Shown piece after piece: positions 14,491-26,794 of a stretch of 64,000 nt of DNA. The notes under the pieces were generated by a model. The model saw only the letters and a list, made by a program, of their open reading frames with translations, was not told where the DNA came from and made no database searches. Within the stretch, counting starts at the first letter, position 1, and each line of letters starts with the position of its first letter. The position numbers and the translations under genes are program-made. Origin of the DNA: Nymphaea colorata (taxonomy: Eukaryota); contig NC_045138.2 of the NCBI RefSeq assembly GCF_008831285.2, positions 7,006,001-7,070,000 on the forward strand. The letters run 5' to 3'.

Positions 14491-14586
14491 ATGCCTACTA
14501 TAGCTAGTTATTTCAGTTTTCTACTGACTGCTTCAACTATAACCCCAGCTCTATTTATTTGTCTGAGCAAGATACGACTTATTTGA
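14491..14586 (+). pseudogene. petL: cytochrome b6f subunit L, NUPT copy
   Basis: [31 protein letters not shown] (31 aa). Confidence 0.9.
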
Positions 14587-14746
14587 AATTAATTGAATGA
14601 ACAATCAAATCAGAAAAATGAGAATTTTAAAATTCATATTTCTGTAAGATTCCATTCCAGGTATTCTACGGTTTTGACTTCCAGCATCAATTGAAAATTT
14701 GTGGACGTTGAGATTACAGGGTGATGCAGATTATTATTTAGATTAG

Positions 14747-14908
<162 letters not shown>

Positions 14909-15025
14909 TTGGGTAAGATTTCTTTTTTCTTGTCATTGACCTCATATCCTTGACCCTCAGAAGGTCAAGTTTAATTCGATTGATGTTCACAATTCAACTT
15001 AATGTGATTCAATACAAAGTAGCAT

Positions 15026-15099
15026 CACACTATGTAGGATTTGAACCTACGACATCGGATTTTAGAGACCCGCATTCTACCAAACTGAACTAAGAGTGC
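15026..15099 (-). tRNA. trnW: plastid trnW-CCA copy with anticodon mutated to CTA; probably a pseudo-tRNA
   Basis: GCACTCTTAGTTCAGTTTGGTAGAATGCGGGTCTCTAAAATCCGATGTCGTAGGTTCAAATCCTACATAGTGTG (74 nt), in the syntenic position after petG. Confidence 0.88.
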
Positions 15100-15231
15100 T
15101 TTATCACGACAATAGATAATCTTTTCCCAATACTTCTTAGCTTGCATATATTATCATTAAATGATACTAATGATCATGCCATCCCCAATTTCAATTGATC
15201 TCATGTTACTGCCTGTAAGATAAGTAATAGG

Positions 15232-15305
15232 TAGGGATGACAGGATTTGAACCCGTGACATTTTGTACCCAAAACAAACGCGCTACCAAACTGCGCTACA
15301 TCCCT
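15232..15305 (-). tRNA. trnP: plastid trnP-UGG copy (nearly intact)
   Basis: AGGGATGTAGCGCAGTTTGGTAGCGCGTTTGTTTTGGGTACAAAATGTCACGGGTTCAAATCCTGTCATCCCTA. Confidence 0.92.
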
Positions 15306-15698
15306 TTCAATTGTTGTACAGTGTCATTGTAGAGAATCCCTGTCTTCTTTTCCACACCGTTATTTCCTTTAAATATATCTATATACATTTCTCTTGCCAT
15401 TTTTTCTTTTTGGTCTCATAACATAAAATAAAAGAGTTTGAATTATGTATATATGAAATCTAAGGTGAAATACAAGGTATAAAAGAATGAGTATTTATAT
15501 GCTCAAGAACAAAAAAAAAAAAATGGAACAAGTTACTTACTTTTTCTTTTATTCAGGGCAGGAGTATCTCATCTACTAGATCGTTGTACATATCCATTTT
15601 AGTTAATTAAGGATTCTGCACACAAATACAAGTGATCCACAACTATATATATAATATATCTGATCATATATGTGTTAAATAAAGGAAGAGGATTTTCA

Positions 15699-15824
15699 AT
15701 GCGAGATATCAAAACATACCTTTCTGTAGCGCATGTGCTAACTACTCTATGGTTCAGTTCTTTATCAGGTCTATTGATAGAGATCAACCCAGATGCGTTG
15801 GCATTCCCCTTTTTTTCATTCTAG
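15699..15824 (+). pseudogene. psaJ: PSI J, NUPT copy with an in-frame 9-nt deletion
   Basis: [41 protein letters not shown]; three residues (normally R-x-F) are missing. Confidence 0.9.
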
Positions 15825-16284
15825 TTATCGGTGTGGTATTATCGATGTGGTAGAAGATGTTGGCCAACAATAGCAATAAATTCTCTGTTTGTTAAATAGC
15901 CTTTGTCCCTCCCTTCACTTTTGTTGAGTAGGAAAATAGAAAGAATAAAAGTGAATTAAACCTCAGCAAAACTCGGATTCAGGGTAGAATAAATAGAGGG
16001 AGAACAGAAATAGAAATGTGGATCTAGGCTTGGATATTCAAGATTAGATAGGATACTTAAATTAAGTGATACCGAAATAAAACACTCAGATTAGGAATAG
16101 TAATTGAATTGTAGTAAATAGTTGTATTACGTATTACTCTATTCTATTGATTACAACTTGCAACGAAATCTTTCATAATTAGATTTCTAGTTTGCAACTT
16201 CTATTTTTTCAATTCTCCTTTCTTCTTCTTCGGATTGAAGAAGAGAAGAAAGAGTTGGGGAAATCCAAAATACAAAGGAGGTTT

Positions 16285-16490
16285 ATGCCCAAGGGTAAAA
16301 ATCCGAGAGTTACAGTTATTTTGGAATGTACCAGTTGTGTCCGAAATGGTGCCGATAAGAAGACGGAATCACCGAGCATTTCCAGATGTATTACTCAAAA
16401 GAATTGACACAATACACCTGGTCGATTGGAATTGAAGAAATTCTGTCCTTATTGTTACAAACATATGATCACTAGGAGATAAAGAAATAG
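16285..16490 (+). pseudogene. rpl33: ribosomal protein L33, NUPT copy
   Basis: [18 protein letters not shown]...[24 protein letters not shown]. Premature TGA at 16405-16407 where Arg is expected, plus a 3' frameshift. Confidence 0.92.
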
Positions 16491-16655
16491 ATTGAATGCG
16501 GTGTTGCCTTGCATGTGCCAACATTTGAAGGAACGGGAAGGAATTACATATAACATATCTAGGGGCAAATAAAATGCCATTTCGGGCGGATCCGAGATGA
16601 ATAAAGAAATGGTATTTTAGAGAAGAAATGGTATTTAAGAGATAAGGAATAAACC

Positions 16656-16966
16656 ATGGAGAAATTCAAGCGACCCCTTCGTAAATCCAAGCGATATTTT
16701 TGTAGGCGCTTGCCCCCAATGGGGTTGGGGGATCGAATTGATTATAGAAACATGAGTTTAATTAGTCGATTTATAGTGAACAAAGAAAAATATTACCTAG
16801 GAGAGTGAATAGATTGACCTTGAAACAACAATGATTAATTACTATTGCTATAAAACAAACTCATATTTTATCTTTGTTACATTTTCTTAATAATGAGAAA
16901 CAATTTGAGAGAGCCGAGTCAATTTCTAGAACTACCGGCACTAGAACCAGAAAAAATAGAAATAGG
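16656..16966 (+). pseudogene. rps18: ribosomal protein S18, NUPT copy
   Basis: [13 protein letters not shown]...[15 protein letters not shown], then a 1-nt deletion and [14 protein letters not shown]. Confidence 0.92.
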
Positions 16967-17459
16967 ACCACTCTTCAATCGAATCAGAACTCAAACCATA
17001 ACTCAAATTGATGTGATGATACTTTGTTCATAAGCTTCAGAGCTCATATTCAATTGTTGTGTCAAAAAAAAAAAAAGAATGGGGGAAGAAGACTCATTTC
17101 AATAAAGAAATGTGTTCGTTCATTCCTACTACATTTTATTTTCCTTTACATTGCTATTTTGACTCTCCCTTCCTTCCTTTGGCTCATGTTAAATTGTTAA
17201 TACTTCATACATATCCGAAGTTGTTTGAAAGACACAAAAGTCTAGTCTGTTCAAAGGGTTGAGGGGTAGGAATAGAAAAGATCATTTCCGATTCATACAA
17301 ATCCAATCTGATACCTTTTCATCGCCGGACATAGTTCATGATGTATCTTGATTCATCCTATTGGCTCCGCCCATCCCCCAATGGATATGATACTTTGCAT
17401 TGTATATTGGGTAATATTAATTTACTCGAATTAATTATATATAAATAAACCTCGAACCA

Positions 17460-17484
17460 CCCCCCCCCCCCCCCCCCCCCCCCC
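17460..17484. repeat. poly-C homopolymer at the right NUPT border
   Basis: About 25 consecutive C followed by T6. Confidence 0.9.
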
Positions 17485-18941
17485 TTTTTTATCCCATCAT
17501 AATACAATGACATTAAGGACACATACATACATGCTTCTAGAAGAGCACCATAGTTGTGTCAACACAGCTGAACATGAGTATAGACGTGGCATTCATTTTT
17601 TTTGTATTTTTTGTTTAATAATTTATATAGGACTATTCAATTGTATTAGATGTTGCCAAATGACTAAAACTTAGAACTTTATTGTTAAAAAACAATCCCT
17701 ACAGTAGCGTTAGGAATGATTTTATATCACGGTGAATAGACAAATTTTTATATTTTAACCATCTGACAGGATCAACTTATATAGGAATAAATCAGACAAA
17801 TAGGATCTATATGCCGAGTCAATAGTGAACCAAAGCACGATTCATCAAGACACCAGCTACAAATGTTCATACATCAGAAAAAGCAATATGTGATCAAATA
17901 ACAAAAGAGTGCAGTCCCTAGGAATCATCTGAGCATCTAAGAAAGAGGAAAAAGCAGCATATAACGCCACAGGAAACTTGCGCAATTTGGAAAAGACACA
18001 TTTTTGGCAGGGCATCAATTTATGCAGCTTCTGTTCGCAAGTCAGGGAATAAATGAAATGAAATTAAATTAAATTAAAGAGTGCAGAAAGTAGTCTATGG
18101 CTTTGTATGTAGAAAGTTAGAAACATACAACAAAAATTAGATTCTAACTCTTCAATTGCGAAGACAACAGTTTTGTGATCAAATTATTAATGTTTTCTTT
18201 TGCGCTTGTCGAAGAACAGGAAATTCCCATTTGTGAACAGGGTAGACGGGATCATAAGGAGGTAAGACAACCATAACTGAGAAAGATTCAGCATATCGGA
18301 TATGCAGGTTCTTATTACATGAAGACTGGATAAGAAGTACAGTTTACAACTTAAGAACATACAAAAATGAAAATGTTTTTCAATGAATCTGCATTTTCTA
18401 ACCCTTAACAATAAAATGGCAGGATGCTCCCTTCTGCTAATTGCCAAGAAAACTGACTGAACTATTGTAAACTGGGAAAATATCCACTAGCATGTCTATC
18501 CATGGAGGGCACAGGTTTCACTAGCTTACACATCCATCCATGAAAATATAAATGGACAAACCAGGAATCTGAATACTGGTAAGAGTCTCAGTTTTCTATA
18601 TTAAACTAGAACTGAAGGAACTTATGTCCAAATACATAAAAACAAACTTAAGTCCACATACATAAAAACAAGGTACCAAATATTGTCTTTAATATTGTCA
18701 TCATGCTCAGCTTTGTTCAAGATAGTGCATCAAACCAATGCCCAGAAAAAGGAAGCCTTCATGCAGCACATCTCCTTATTGTAGTAAAGAAGCCCTGATG
18801 TCTTTCTTCTTCCGTAGCAATTGGCATGATCAACCTGCAATAGTGACAGAAATATAAGTTAAGGTGAAAAAAAGGAAAGTCAAAACAAATTGTTAGAAAT
18901 AATAAACCAAAAATCAAGAGAAAATCGTAACTACAATTTTG

Positions 18942-20779
18942 CTATTTGTTCTGCTGCAAATTAGGCTGGATAGGCTGCACACAAAACCCAAATGGCTGAA
19001 CCCTGGATTGTGAAGAATAGCTCTTTCCTTTTTTGTTGCTTCCAATGTCGATGTCTCTCAGTTCGCGCATTGCCATTTGTTCCTGTTGATGCTGTAAAAC
19101 ATTAAGGAATTAGCGATGCTACTTAAACTTCTAGAGTGGGAAAGTTATATGACTTAATTCCCATCAAACCAGTATATATTTCAGCTGCCTATTTTCCTCC
19201 TCCAGCATCCTTTCCTGAATCAAAAAGGAAAAGAAATTTACAGTGAACCTGAGAACCCATTGAAAGAGCACAAGAAACATTCGTCTTTCAAATTTCAAAT
19301 TTGAAAATCAAAAGAACAGAACAGAAACAAAGATCCTCACATTTTTCCTCAGAATTTCGATGTCATTGTTTAGGCATTCGGTCTGCAGAAGATACTGTCA
19401 CTAACAGAAAGAGAGTCGAAATTGAAAGACAAATGCTTAAAAGTCATCAAGTATCTTTAGCATAATGGCCACCTGCTTCATGCGCACATGGTCATAGCCA
19501 AACTGAAGAGAGTCTTCAAGATTTCGAAGTTCAACAATAGACAAGGAGCTCAGGTCTTCACCCATCAAATGCCTAAAATGTCACACAAGAAATTACTTCT
19601 TGACAACCCCATAAAGAAACAGATTACCAGAAGTAGGCCGGCTGAGATACCTGAGTTCAATCTGCATATTTTCATTCTCCTTTCTGATCCTATCCAACTC
19701 TGTGTTCAGATACTGTGCAATCATAGGGTAGTGTAAGAATTCAAGAAGCAGAAGCTAAAAGTTCCTTCAATGCTAAATGGGGAACACATGAACCTTTTAC
19801 CTCATGCCTAGCATCCCAGAGCTTTTTCCCAGAAGTCTTCTGGTATCGAGTTAAGAGTTCCTTCAAGCTGCAACATCAAGCAAAAGGAAACAGGAAAAGA
19901 GTCACATGCAAGGCAATGTAACAGTAGCAAAAACATCGAGTTAAAAGTTCCTTCAAGCTGCAACATCAAGCAAAAGGAAACAGGAAAAGAGTCACATGTA
20001 AGGCAATGTAACAGTAGCAAAAATATCCCTCACCCACCAAAAGAAATAGTACACAAGTCCAGCTGAAGCTAAAATCAAGGACCAAAAATCTGAATGGATG
20101 CGCAGAAGAGCATTAGATGGAAGAAACAATTTGTACGTATAAAACTACTCACAAAATATTCGATCAGCTCATCCGAAGAAGAAAAACCGTTTCAACATTT
20201 TGAATGTGAGCCCGATGTAGTATAAAACGATACAGGGAAAGAAGGGGATAACCAGATAAAAGAAAATAAACAACAGATCTAGTGAGGTATATTTTTTAGC
20301 TACTGAAATCCAAAAACAGAAAATCAAATAGATACCACCAACAACAACGTCAAACGATTATCTGACAGATATGACAGTCCAACAAAAATAGTAAACAATA
20401 AACAAATGTAGAAAGCAATAAAAAGCTCAAATTTCACATGCCAAGATGATGAATATCGATCAACAGGGAAAAAACCGCTCTATGTATATGTGTGTGTTTG
20501 CAAATAGTACCAAATGAAGCATCTTCAAAAGAGATCTAAAAGCCAGAGAGAGACAGGGAGAGAGAGAGAGAGGAAACCAAGGAAAACCTACTTGGTAGAA
20601 GGGGAACAATACTCATTCAGCTTCCCAGCGCTAGAGAACAATAAGAGTGAGACCTGAGCGTCACAGAGAACACTGATCTCCCTCGCCTTCTTCAGGATGC
20701 CCTGCTTCCTCTTGGAGAAGGTGACCTGCCTGTTGGAGGCATTCTCTATCCTCTTTATCTCAATCTTACCTCTCCCCAT
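18942..20779 (-). CDS. PI: B-class MADS-box transcription factor PISTILLATA/GLOBOSA, 217 aa; exons 20592-20779, 19801-19867, 19651-19712, 19473-19572, 19341-19382, 19170-19214, 18942-19091
   Basis: MADS domain [27 protein letters not shown] region [38 protein letters not shown]-terminal PI motif [14 protein letters not shown]. Exon sizes 188/67/62/100/42/45/150, all GT-AG and in frame. Confidence 0.96.
19845..20024. repeat. 90-bp tandem duplication spanning the PI intron1/exon2 junction
   Basis: 19845-19934 vs 19935-20024, 3 mismatches. Confidence 0.95.
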
Positions 20780-20834
20780 CTCCAGCAACCGACCACTCTA
20801 ACCCGTACCACTCTACAAAGAGATGGCTATGACA

Positions 20835-20880
20835 GAAGAAGAAGAAGAAGAAGAAGAAGAAGAAGAAGAAGAAGAAGAAG
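20835..20880. repeat. (CTT)n microsatellite in the PI 5' leader
   Basis: About 15 GAA units on the + strand. Confidence 0.9.
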
Positions 20881-20969
20881 CATCTGGAAAAAGAGGAGGA
20901 TGATGAGTTGGGGCTCTCCATTTTCGGAGCTGAGAGATGGTAGCTTTCGAGCACCATTAAAAACACAGA

Positions 20970-20979
20970 CCATATACGG
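20970..20979. promoter_or_regulatory. near-consensus CArG box upstream of PI
   Basis: CCATATACGG, one mismatch to CC(A/T)6GG, about 190 bp upstream of the ATG. A short motif that could be chance. Confidence 0.3.
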
Positions 20980-21932
20980 AATGTTTGCAAAGTCCAAACT
21001 AATTATCGAAGGGAAAACCATGAAACAAAAGGAACCTCTCTCTCTCTCTCTCTTACGTCCTTGTTATTACCAACTGTGGCCATCGTTGGTTTACGTTAAA
21101 AAGAGGCAATCGATCAACTATGACAGTTCACACGTTAACAAGTCGGTCAGTAACCATGACTACCGCACGCTTTCATTAACGTTGGTGACCCTGGTCAAGA
21201 AAATCTCGTGAAAGACACGGTCCTTTTCTTTATCAGTTAAAACTTTCGAATAAACTTATACAAAATTGTAGTCCTAAATTACTGATTAAAAACTTCCGCT
21301 TCAAATATCATACTCGAGCGAACCTTACTGTGATAAAATTCATTGGTTTCGTTTTGCTAAGCGTTGTTGACGTAACCATTCTAGTTCAAGTTGTTCTTTC
21401 TCTTGAGATTGTATATATCGTTTCAAAAGATTTAGTGGGCATTGATCCTGAAAAACTAATTTGAAATTGTTAAAGTCAAACGTGGAGACAAAGATGAAGA
21501 TAGCGATAAGTTAAAAATTTGTAGTGATTGACAAGAAAGAAATAGTTTGAAAGTACTTTTGGAAATAAGTTTATAATAATCAAGCCTTGCGTTCTTATAC
21601 AAGTGGATTGGAAAGGGATTTTAGTTAAAAAAAAAAGGAAAACCTACTTGAACTTTATTACTTAACTGCAAATATGTTTTCGCTGTAGTGTTCTTTACAC
21701 CCAAAATATGAGTGAAGGAATTACGATATTTTCATTATTGAATTTCATGCCTCCGTTCAGATATAGAACAACACATGACACAGCGAATATTGACATATCA
21801 GTTTCCTGAAAAATATGGTCACAGTTATATGTTTTAAGGCAAAACATTTCTCACCGGTTTTGTTCTATTTCCGTGCTATGCGGTTACTAGGAAAATCCTG
21901 TTCCCACGGTTAACATTTTTTGATCCACATGT

Positions 21933-22300
21933 AAAGGCTGCACATCAGAAAACTCGAGCTCGAGTCGAGCTTGCTAGAACAAGTTTGAGCTCAACTCGAC
22001 AAAACAACGTCGAACTCGAATTCGACTCGTTTAACTCATTTATGTTAAGCATGTCTCGTTTCTTTAACTCGTTTAACTCGATTAACTCATTTAGTTGCCA
22101 CTCGTTTAATTGTTTTCTAATTAAAATTCAACATTCATTGTGTAGTCAAGCCGAATCGAGTTATTACAACTCAAACTGGATTCGTTTAATATTTCAAGTA
22201 TATATTTGAACTCGAGCTCGACTCGATTTATAAACAAGTCATGTTTTAATAAGTTGGTTCGAGTAGAGCTCGAGCTGGTTGGACTTGTTGTGCAGCCCTA
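21933..22300. mobile_element. MITE of the GGGCTG..CAGCCC / CTCGAG-rich family
   Basis: Ends AGGCTGCACA / TGTGCAGCCCTA with dense CTCGAG/ACTCG motifs. Related copies or ends near 24054, 29240, 34170-34453, 36135 and 46030-46107. Confidence 0.65.
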
Positions 22301-25300
22301 TTTGCAGTTTATAGATGACCTCCTTGCCTAGAGAGGTCATTGAGCATAAACAAAATGTGGAATGTTACTTGAGGCTTTTCTCTCTAAACAAAGAGAGATT
22401 GGATTAATTTTTAGTATCAGTAGAAATTAAAGAAAAAGAAGAAAAGTGGGCCATTTAGATTGTTTTAAGTTCTAGCCTTCTAGGGTATGATACGTCCACA
22501 TCCATAGGTGGGTGTAGCTACCAACTTCTAGTTATGTCAATTATGTAATGAAGGCTGGAAACTTTTTTGCTCTCATAACTAAACTTTTTTTTTTTTTTTT
22601 GTCTCTTTAATTTTTTTTGTAAGTGGGAGGAAGAGGTCCACCACCTTTAGGGTTAAGAGTTTGTCACATCGGATCAAACATGAAAGTAGTGAACCATCAG
22701 TTAACTGTGCTTTATGAATCGAAAGGAAGAACATACGACCTGTCACTCACAGTTACCTGTAACTAAGACGAGTATAGATTTGGCTTCATGTGCAACTTCC
22801 TTACTCTTAAATTCAAGTACTCAAAATTTTCTCAATTCCTAATGACGACGTCCTATTTTCCGAAAAAAAATTCATCGTGTCTTCAGTTTTGAGAGCGGAT
22901 GACGTTTTAAAGTTCTTGTTCTTCAACGTTCAGAAACGTTCAATTCAAAAGAAGCGATTTAAAATCAGGTAACTGAGCAAGCAATTGAAAAGCAGGCAGC
23001 ACTTAGCCGAAAATTCAGAAATTTAAGCCACGTTTTTGGGATTGGGAACAAATTTTTATTCATTAACAATGATAACTCTAAGTCACTCAACTCATTCACG
23101 AGAGTCCTTTGATACGTGATAATGGATGGTTAAAAAAAAGGAAAAAAAATGTGAACTATACTAAATGACCAAAATGTCCCTTATATATATATATATTGGT
23201 TGGTAACTAGCTTCAGAATCATTTAGTTAATCAAAGCCGTTTGATTTATTATGATAGGCGATTAGTATTAGTTCGCTTTTTTTTTCTTCTTATTTTTCTC
23301 TCAACTATTCATAAGCTTTAGATTGGTGGCTCAGTTAGATGGCAAGATAATTCTCGATAAATAGAGTCATCATTCACCTACTATATATTACATTGTTTCA
23401 TACGGGATCAAACCTGAATAAGATTATACAAACTATGTAAATAGATACAAATAAGGATCTCTAAGATGGTACATTTCATTTAGGATTAAAAAGAGGTAGA
23501 ATCGGACTTTTTTTTTTTCTCTTTTTTGATATCTATCGTTATTCATTTCTTTGGAGAGTTATTGCATTGAAGAGAGAAATATGTTTGATGGTATATTTTT
23601 CGATGTATATAAGGGATCCTCCACATAATTCAAATCGACCTAATTTGATTTCCAACTGGGCCCTATGTGACATGACTGATCCATAGAAATGAGAATGCAC
23701 ATGCATGGTGGGCCCTTACATGACTAACATCAACTTTGTCGACATCAGGTTACTTTTGAATAATATTTGATGTCCCCATTTTGCTTAGCTTACTATAATA
23801 ATACTTACTGATGAGAAATCATGCATTTAGAGAATTAGAAAATATGAATGAATTATGACTTCTGGTGCACATGCCCATCACTCACAATCACTCATAGTTC
23901 CTTACTTCCTTTAAAAACGGACTGAAAGGGACATTAGGCCGGCACATTTACGTGATCGTCAAGAGCCACGTGTCATTTTGGGGTTCTTGCACGCACACGC
24001 ATGTATGCACATGCAATAATAAAACATAAGAAATTGCCTCTTTGAGTTTGAGTTAGGGCTGTACAACGAGTCTAGCCATGGCTCGACTAGAACTCGCTCG
24101 AAAAAGCTTGGCTCGAGCTCGACTCATTGATAAACGAGTCAAGTTCGAGCTGAAAGTTAAATTTGAATCAATAAACGAGTCGAGTTCGAATTGCAAGAAC
24201 TCGACTCATTTAAACTCGACTCGACTCAATGAACCGGTTCAGGGTAAATTTTTTTTCTCTTTCCATTCGGTCTTCACTTTTCCTTCTTCCCGTTCACTCT
24301 TCCTTCTTCTTGTTTGCTCTCTCTTGCTGTCTTCCCTCTTCCATCGACCACGACGACCAGATGATGTCGACCAGACTTGAGGGCACTTGCTGCCTTCTCT
24401 CACTGGCCGCCGCTGCTGCCTTAGACGCATCCATCGCCTTTCCCTTTTTTTCGCTGCTGCTGCCTCAGACGCATCCGCCGTTCCTCTTGCTCTTGCTGCA
24501 GCTCATTCTTCCGCCTTCACACAAGGTACGCCTTCGACCTTCCTTTCTTCTTCTTCTTCTTGTTCTTCCTCCTCCTATAGAGAAGGAATAGTTCTGGATT
24601 GAACCTTGGCAGGAAAGGTCATGGGAAGCAGGGCAAATGCTTCTTGGAGGGTGGCCCTAAGTTTGACCCACTGCTCCAAAGAAGACCGAAACTCACACCC
24701 AACCCCTCCATATTTGGCATGTGTTGGTGCCTCCATATGCCTTTCTGGCGCTGCCTCCATATGCCTTTCTGGCGTACTTCAACTTGTGCATCGGTAGCCC
24801 TTTATGTGCATCACAAAGAGTTGGCCCTCAAGAAATTGAAGCGGAGACTAGTCGCCTACCTGCCCTTATTAAATCCCGTTGGACTGTACCTTCTTACTTA
24901 ATAGTAAAGCATAAGGAAGTGCATTCTTAAGTTGGGCGAGCGAGGTTTGACCGACTGCTCGAAAGAAGGCCGAAGACCCTACTCAACCCCTCATTCCTCA
25001 AGATACAATGCCTGCGTCGATGCCTCGAGATGCCTCCCTGCAACGTTTCAACTTGAGCGTCAGTGAGCTCTTATTTGCAACATAAGGAGTTGGCCACTCA
25101 GAAACTCGAAGCCAAGACTGGTCGCCTACCAGCCGCTAGTGGACCATGCCTTCATACATAAGGAACGTGGTTTCCAAGGCTTTTGTTAAACAAAAAAACA
25201 ATCTCTCAGTACTTAATTTTCGTGATTTGATATGCTACATTGCTTCTTTTCCAGGAAAGGAAAACGGCATTTTTATGTTTTAGTAAGTGGAAGAGTCACG

Positions 25301-25676
25301 AATCCACATATATGAAAGATTGTACAAAATTCTTACTTATTCGTGAAGCATATTATTAGCCATTAGCGGTAGAATCGTTTTAACTATGAACAGAACCGGT
25401 GGAACAACCGATTCGGTGAACTGGCGGATTCCCTGATTCAGATGAACTGGGTTGTGAATCGGCCAACATATTGAAAAATCGGTGTCTATAATATGGACAA
25501 ATGCAGAAAATAATAATTTCAAAAATAAAAACTATCATGCTACCAAAATGTGGTCCAAGACTTCTCTTGCCAACTTAATTAATCGAATGAAAGCAGGTCC
25601 CCATGATTGCCCTTTTTATGTACACACACTTTCTTACCCAAAAAATTGTTTTTATACCTTACTCCTTCACTTTTAG

Positions 25677-26115
25677 CAGGGATCCATTTAGACATGTTAA
25701 TATATCCGATTTTAATTTGGATATTTGACCGAATCGTTTTGAAAAAAATGGATATGAAAAAAAATTAATATCAGATTAAGAAATTGGAGTGGATTCTGAT
25801 TTAAAAAATGACATGCAATTGGATTCAGGTTCAAATATACATAAATATAAGAATAGATTGCGGTCAGATTTAATTTTGAATAAATATCATATATCCATTG
25901 TTCTTGTGTTTCTTAAATCCATCAAATTCGGTTCAATATTCGGATTTGGCTTCAGATATGAATATAAAAATCAGATTTATATTGTGAAATCAAATTTCAT
26001 ACTCAAATTTGGATATGACTTTTCATTATTAATATTTGAATCCAAATATATGAATATCCAAAAAGGAGTATATAATTAAGGATACATCTAATTCGAATCC
26101 GATCTGTTGACATCA
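25677..26115. mobile_element. degenerate MITE of the GGGATGTCAA / TCCGAATCCG family
   Basis: Body similar to the copies at 30314, 35350, 41100 and 63300; ends TTGACATC. Confidence 0.6.
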
Positions 26116-26344
26116 GACACGAGACCCATTGTTCATACAAGATCTAGTTATTCATACCTTTATCAGGGACCAAATGTTAATATTTTGACCTTTATACTTT
26201 TAATTTTTTAAGTAGCACCCTAGGTCTTAAATGCATGACTCGGTGCAAGGCTTAGCTGATTCTTTGAGGATTCTAGATTTGCTAAGAAAGACAATAAAAT
26301 GATGTATAAAGTCTCTAAGTGGCAGTGTTTTTTCTTCTAGAAAT

Positions 26345-26583
26345 TAAGGGTGGGCATCGCCCGGCCCATTTAAAATTTAAAAATAAATTTTTACTTCTAA
26401 AATAAAATTTTTTAAATATAAAGTATATTTATTAATCATAAATATATATTATTAAAACAAAAAAAAATTAAAAAATACTTTTTTAATCTAAACGGGCCGG
26501 GCCAGGCTGACCCGAAACGGCCTATTGGGCCCGGAATCGGTTTTTCCCTGCCCAAGCCCGGCCCGGCCCAATGCCCAGCCTTA
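26345..26583. mobile_element. hAT-type MITE (GGGTGGGCATCG family)
   Basis: TSD CTAGAAAT at 26337-26344 and 26584-26591. TIR TAAGGGTGGGCAT / ATGCCCAGCCTTA. Confidence 0.85.
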
Positions 26584-26794
26584 CTAGAAATGTGTGGTTG
26601 TTAGTCAGCAATATTACCACTGAATATCATTATTGCTGGAAGAAGCATAAAACAAAGAACATGAATCATTGAATTCAATTTTATAATAAGAAGAATATTG
26701 TTTTGAGGGGAGAGACCCTGTAGAGGCCGAAGCTCTTTCCTCATTTCCCTTACCTTTTGGTTTTGAAAAGAAAGGCAAAGAAAAAATAAGTGAC

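Noticed and set aside
18834..18935. Possible 3'UTR intron of PI
   Set aside because: Good acceptor (TATTGCAG) but no convincing donor; needs RNA data.
20827..21021. Poly-Leu/Phe ORFs upstream of PI
   Set aside because: Arise from the (CTT)n repeat.
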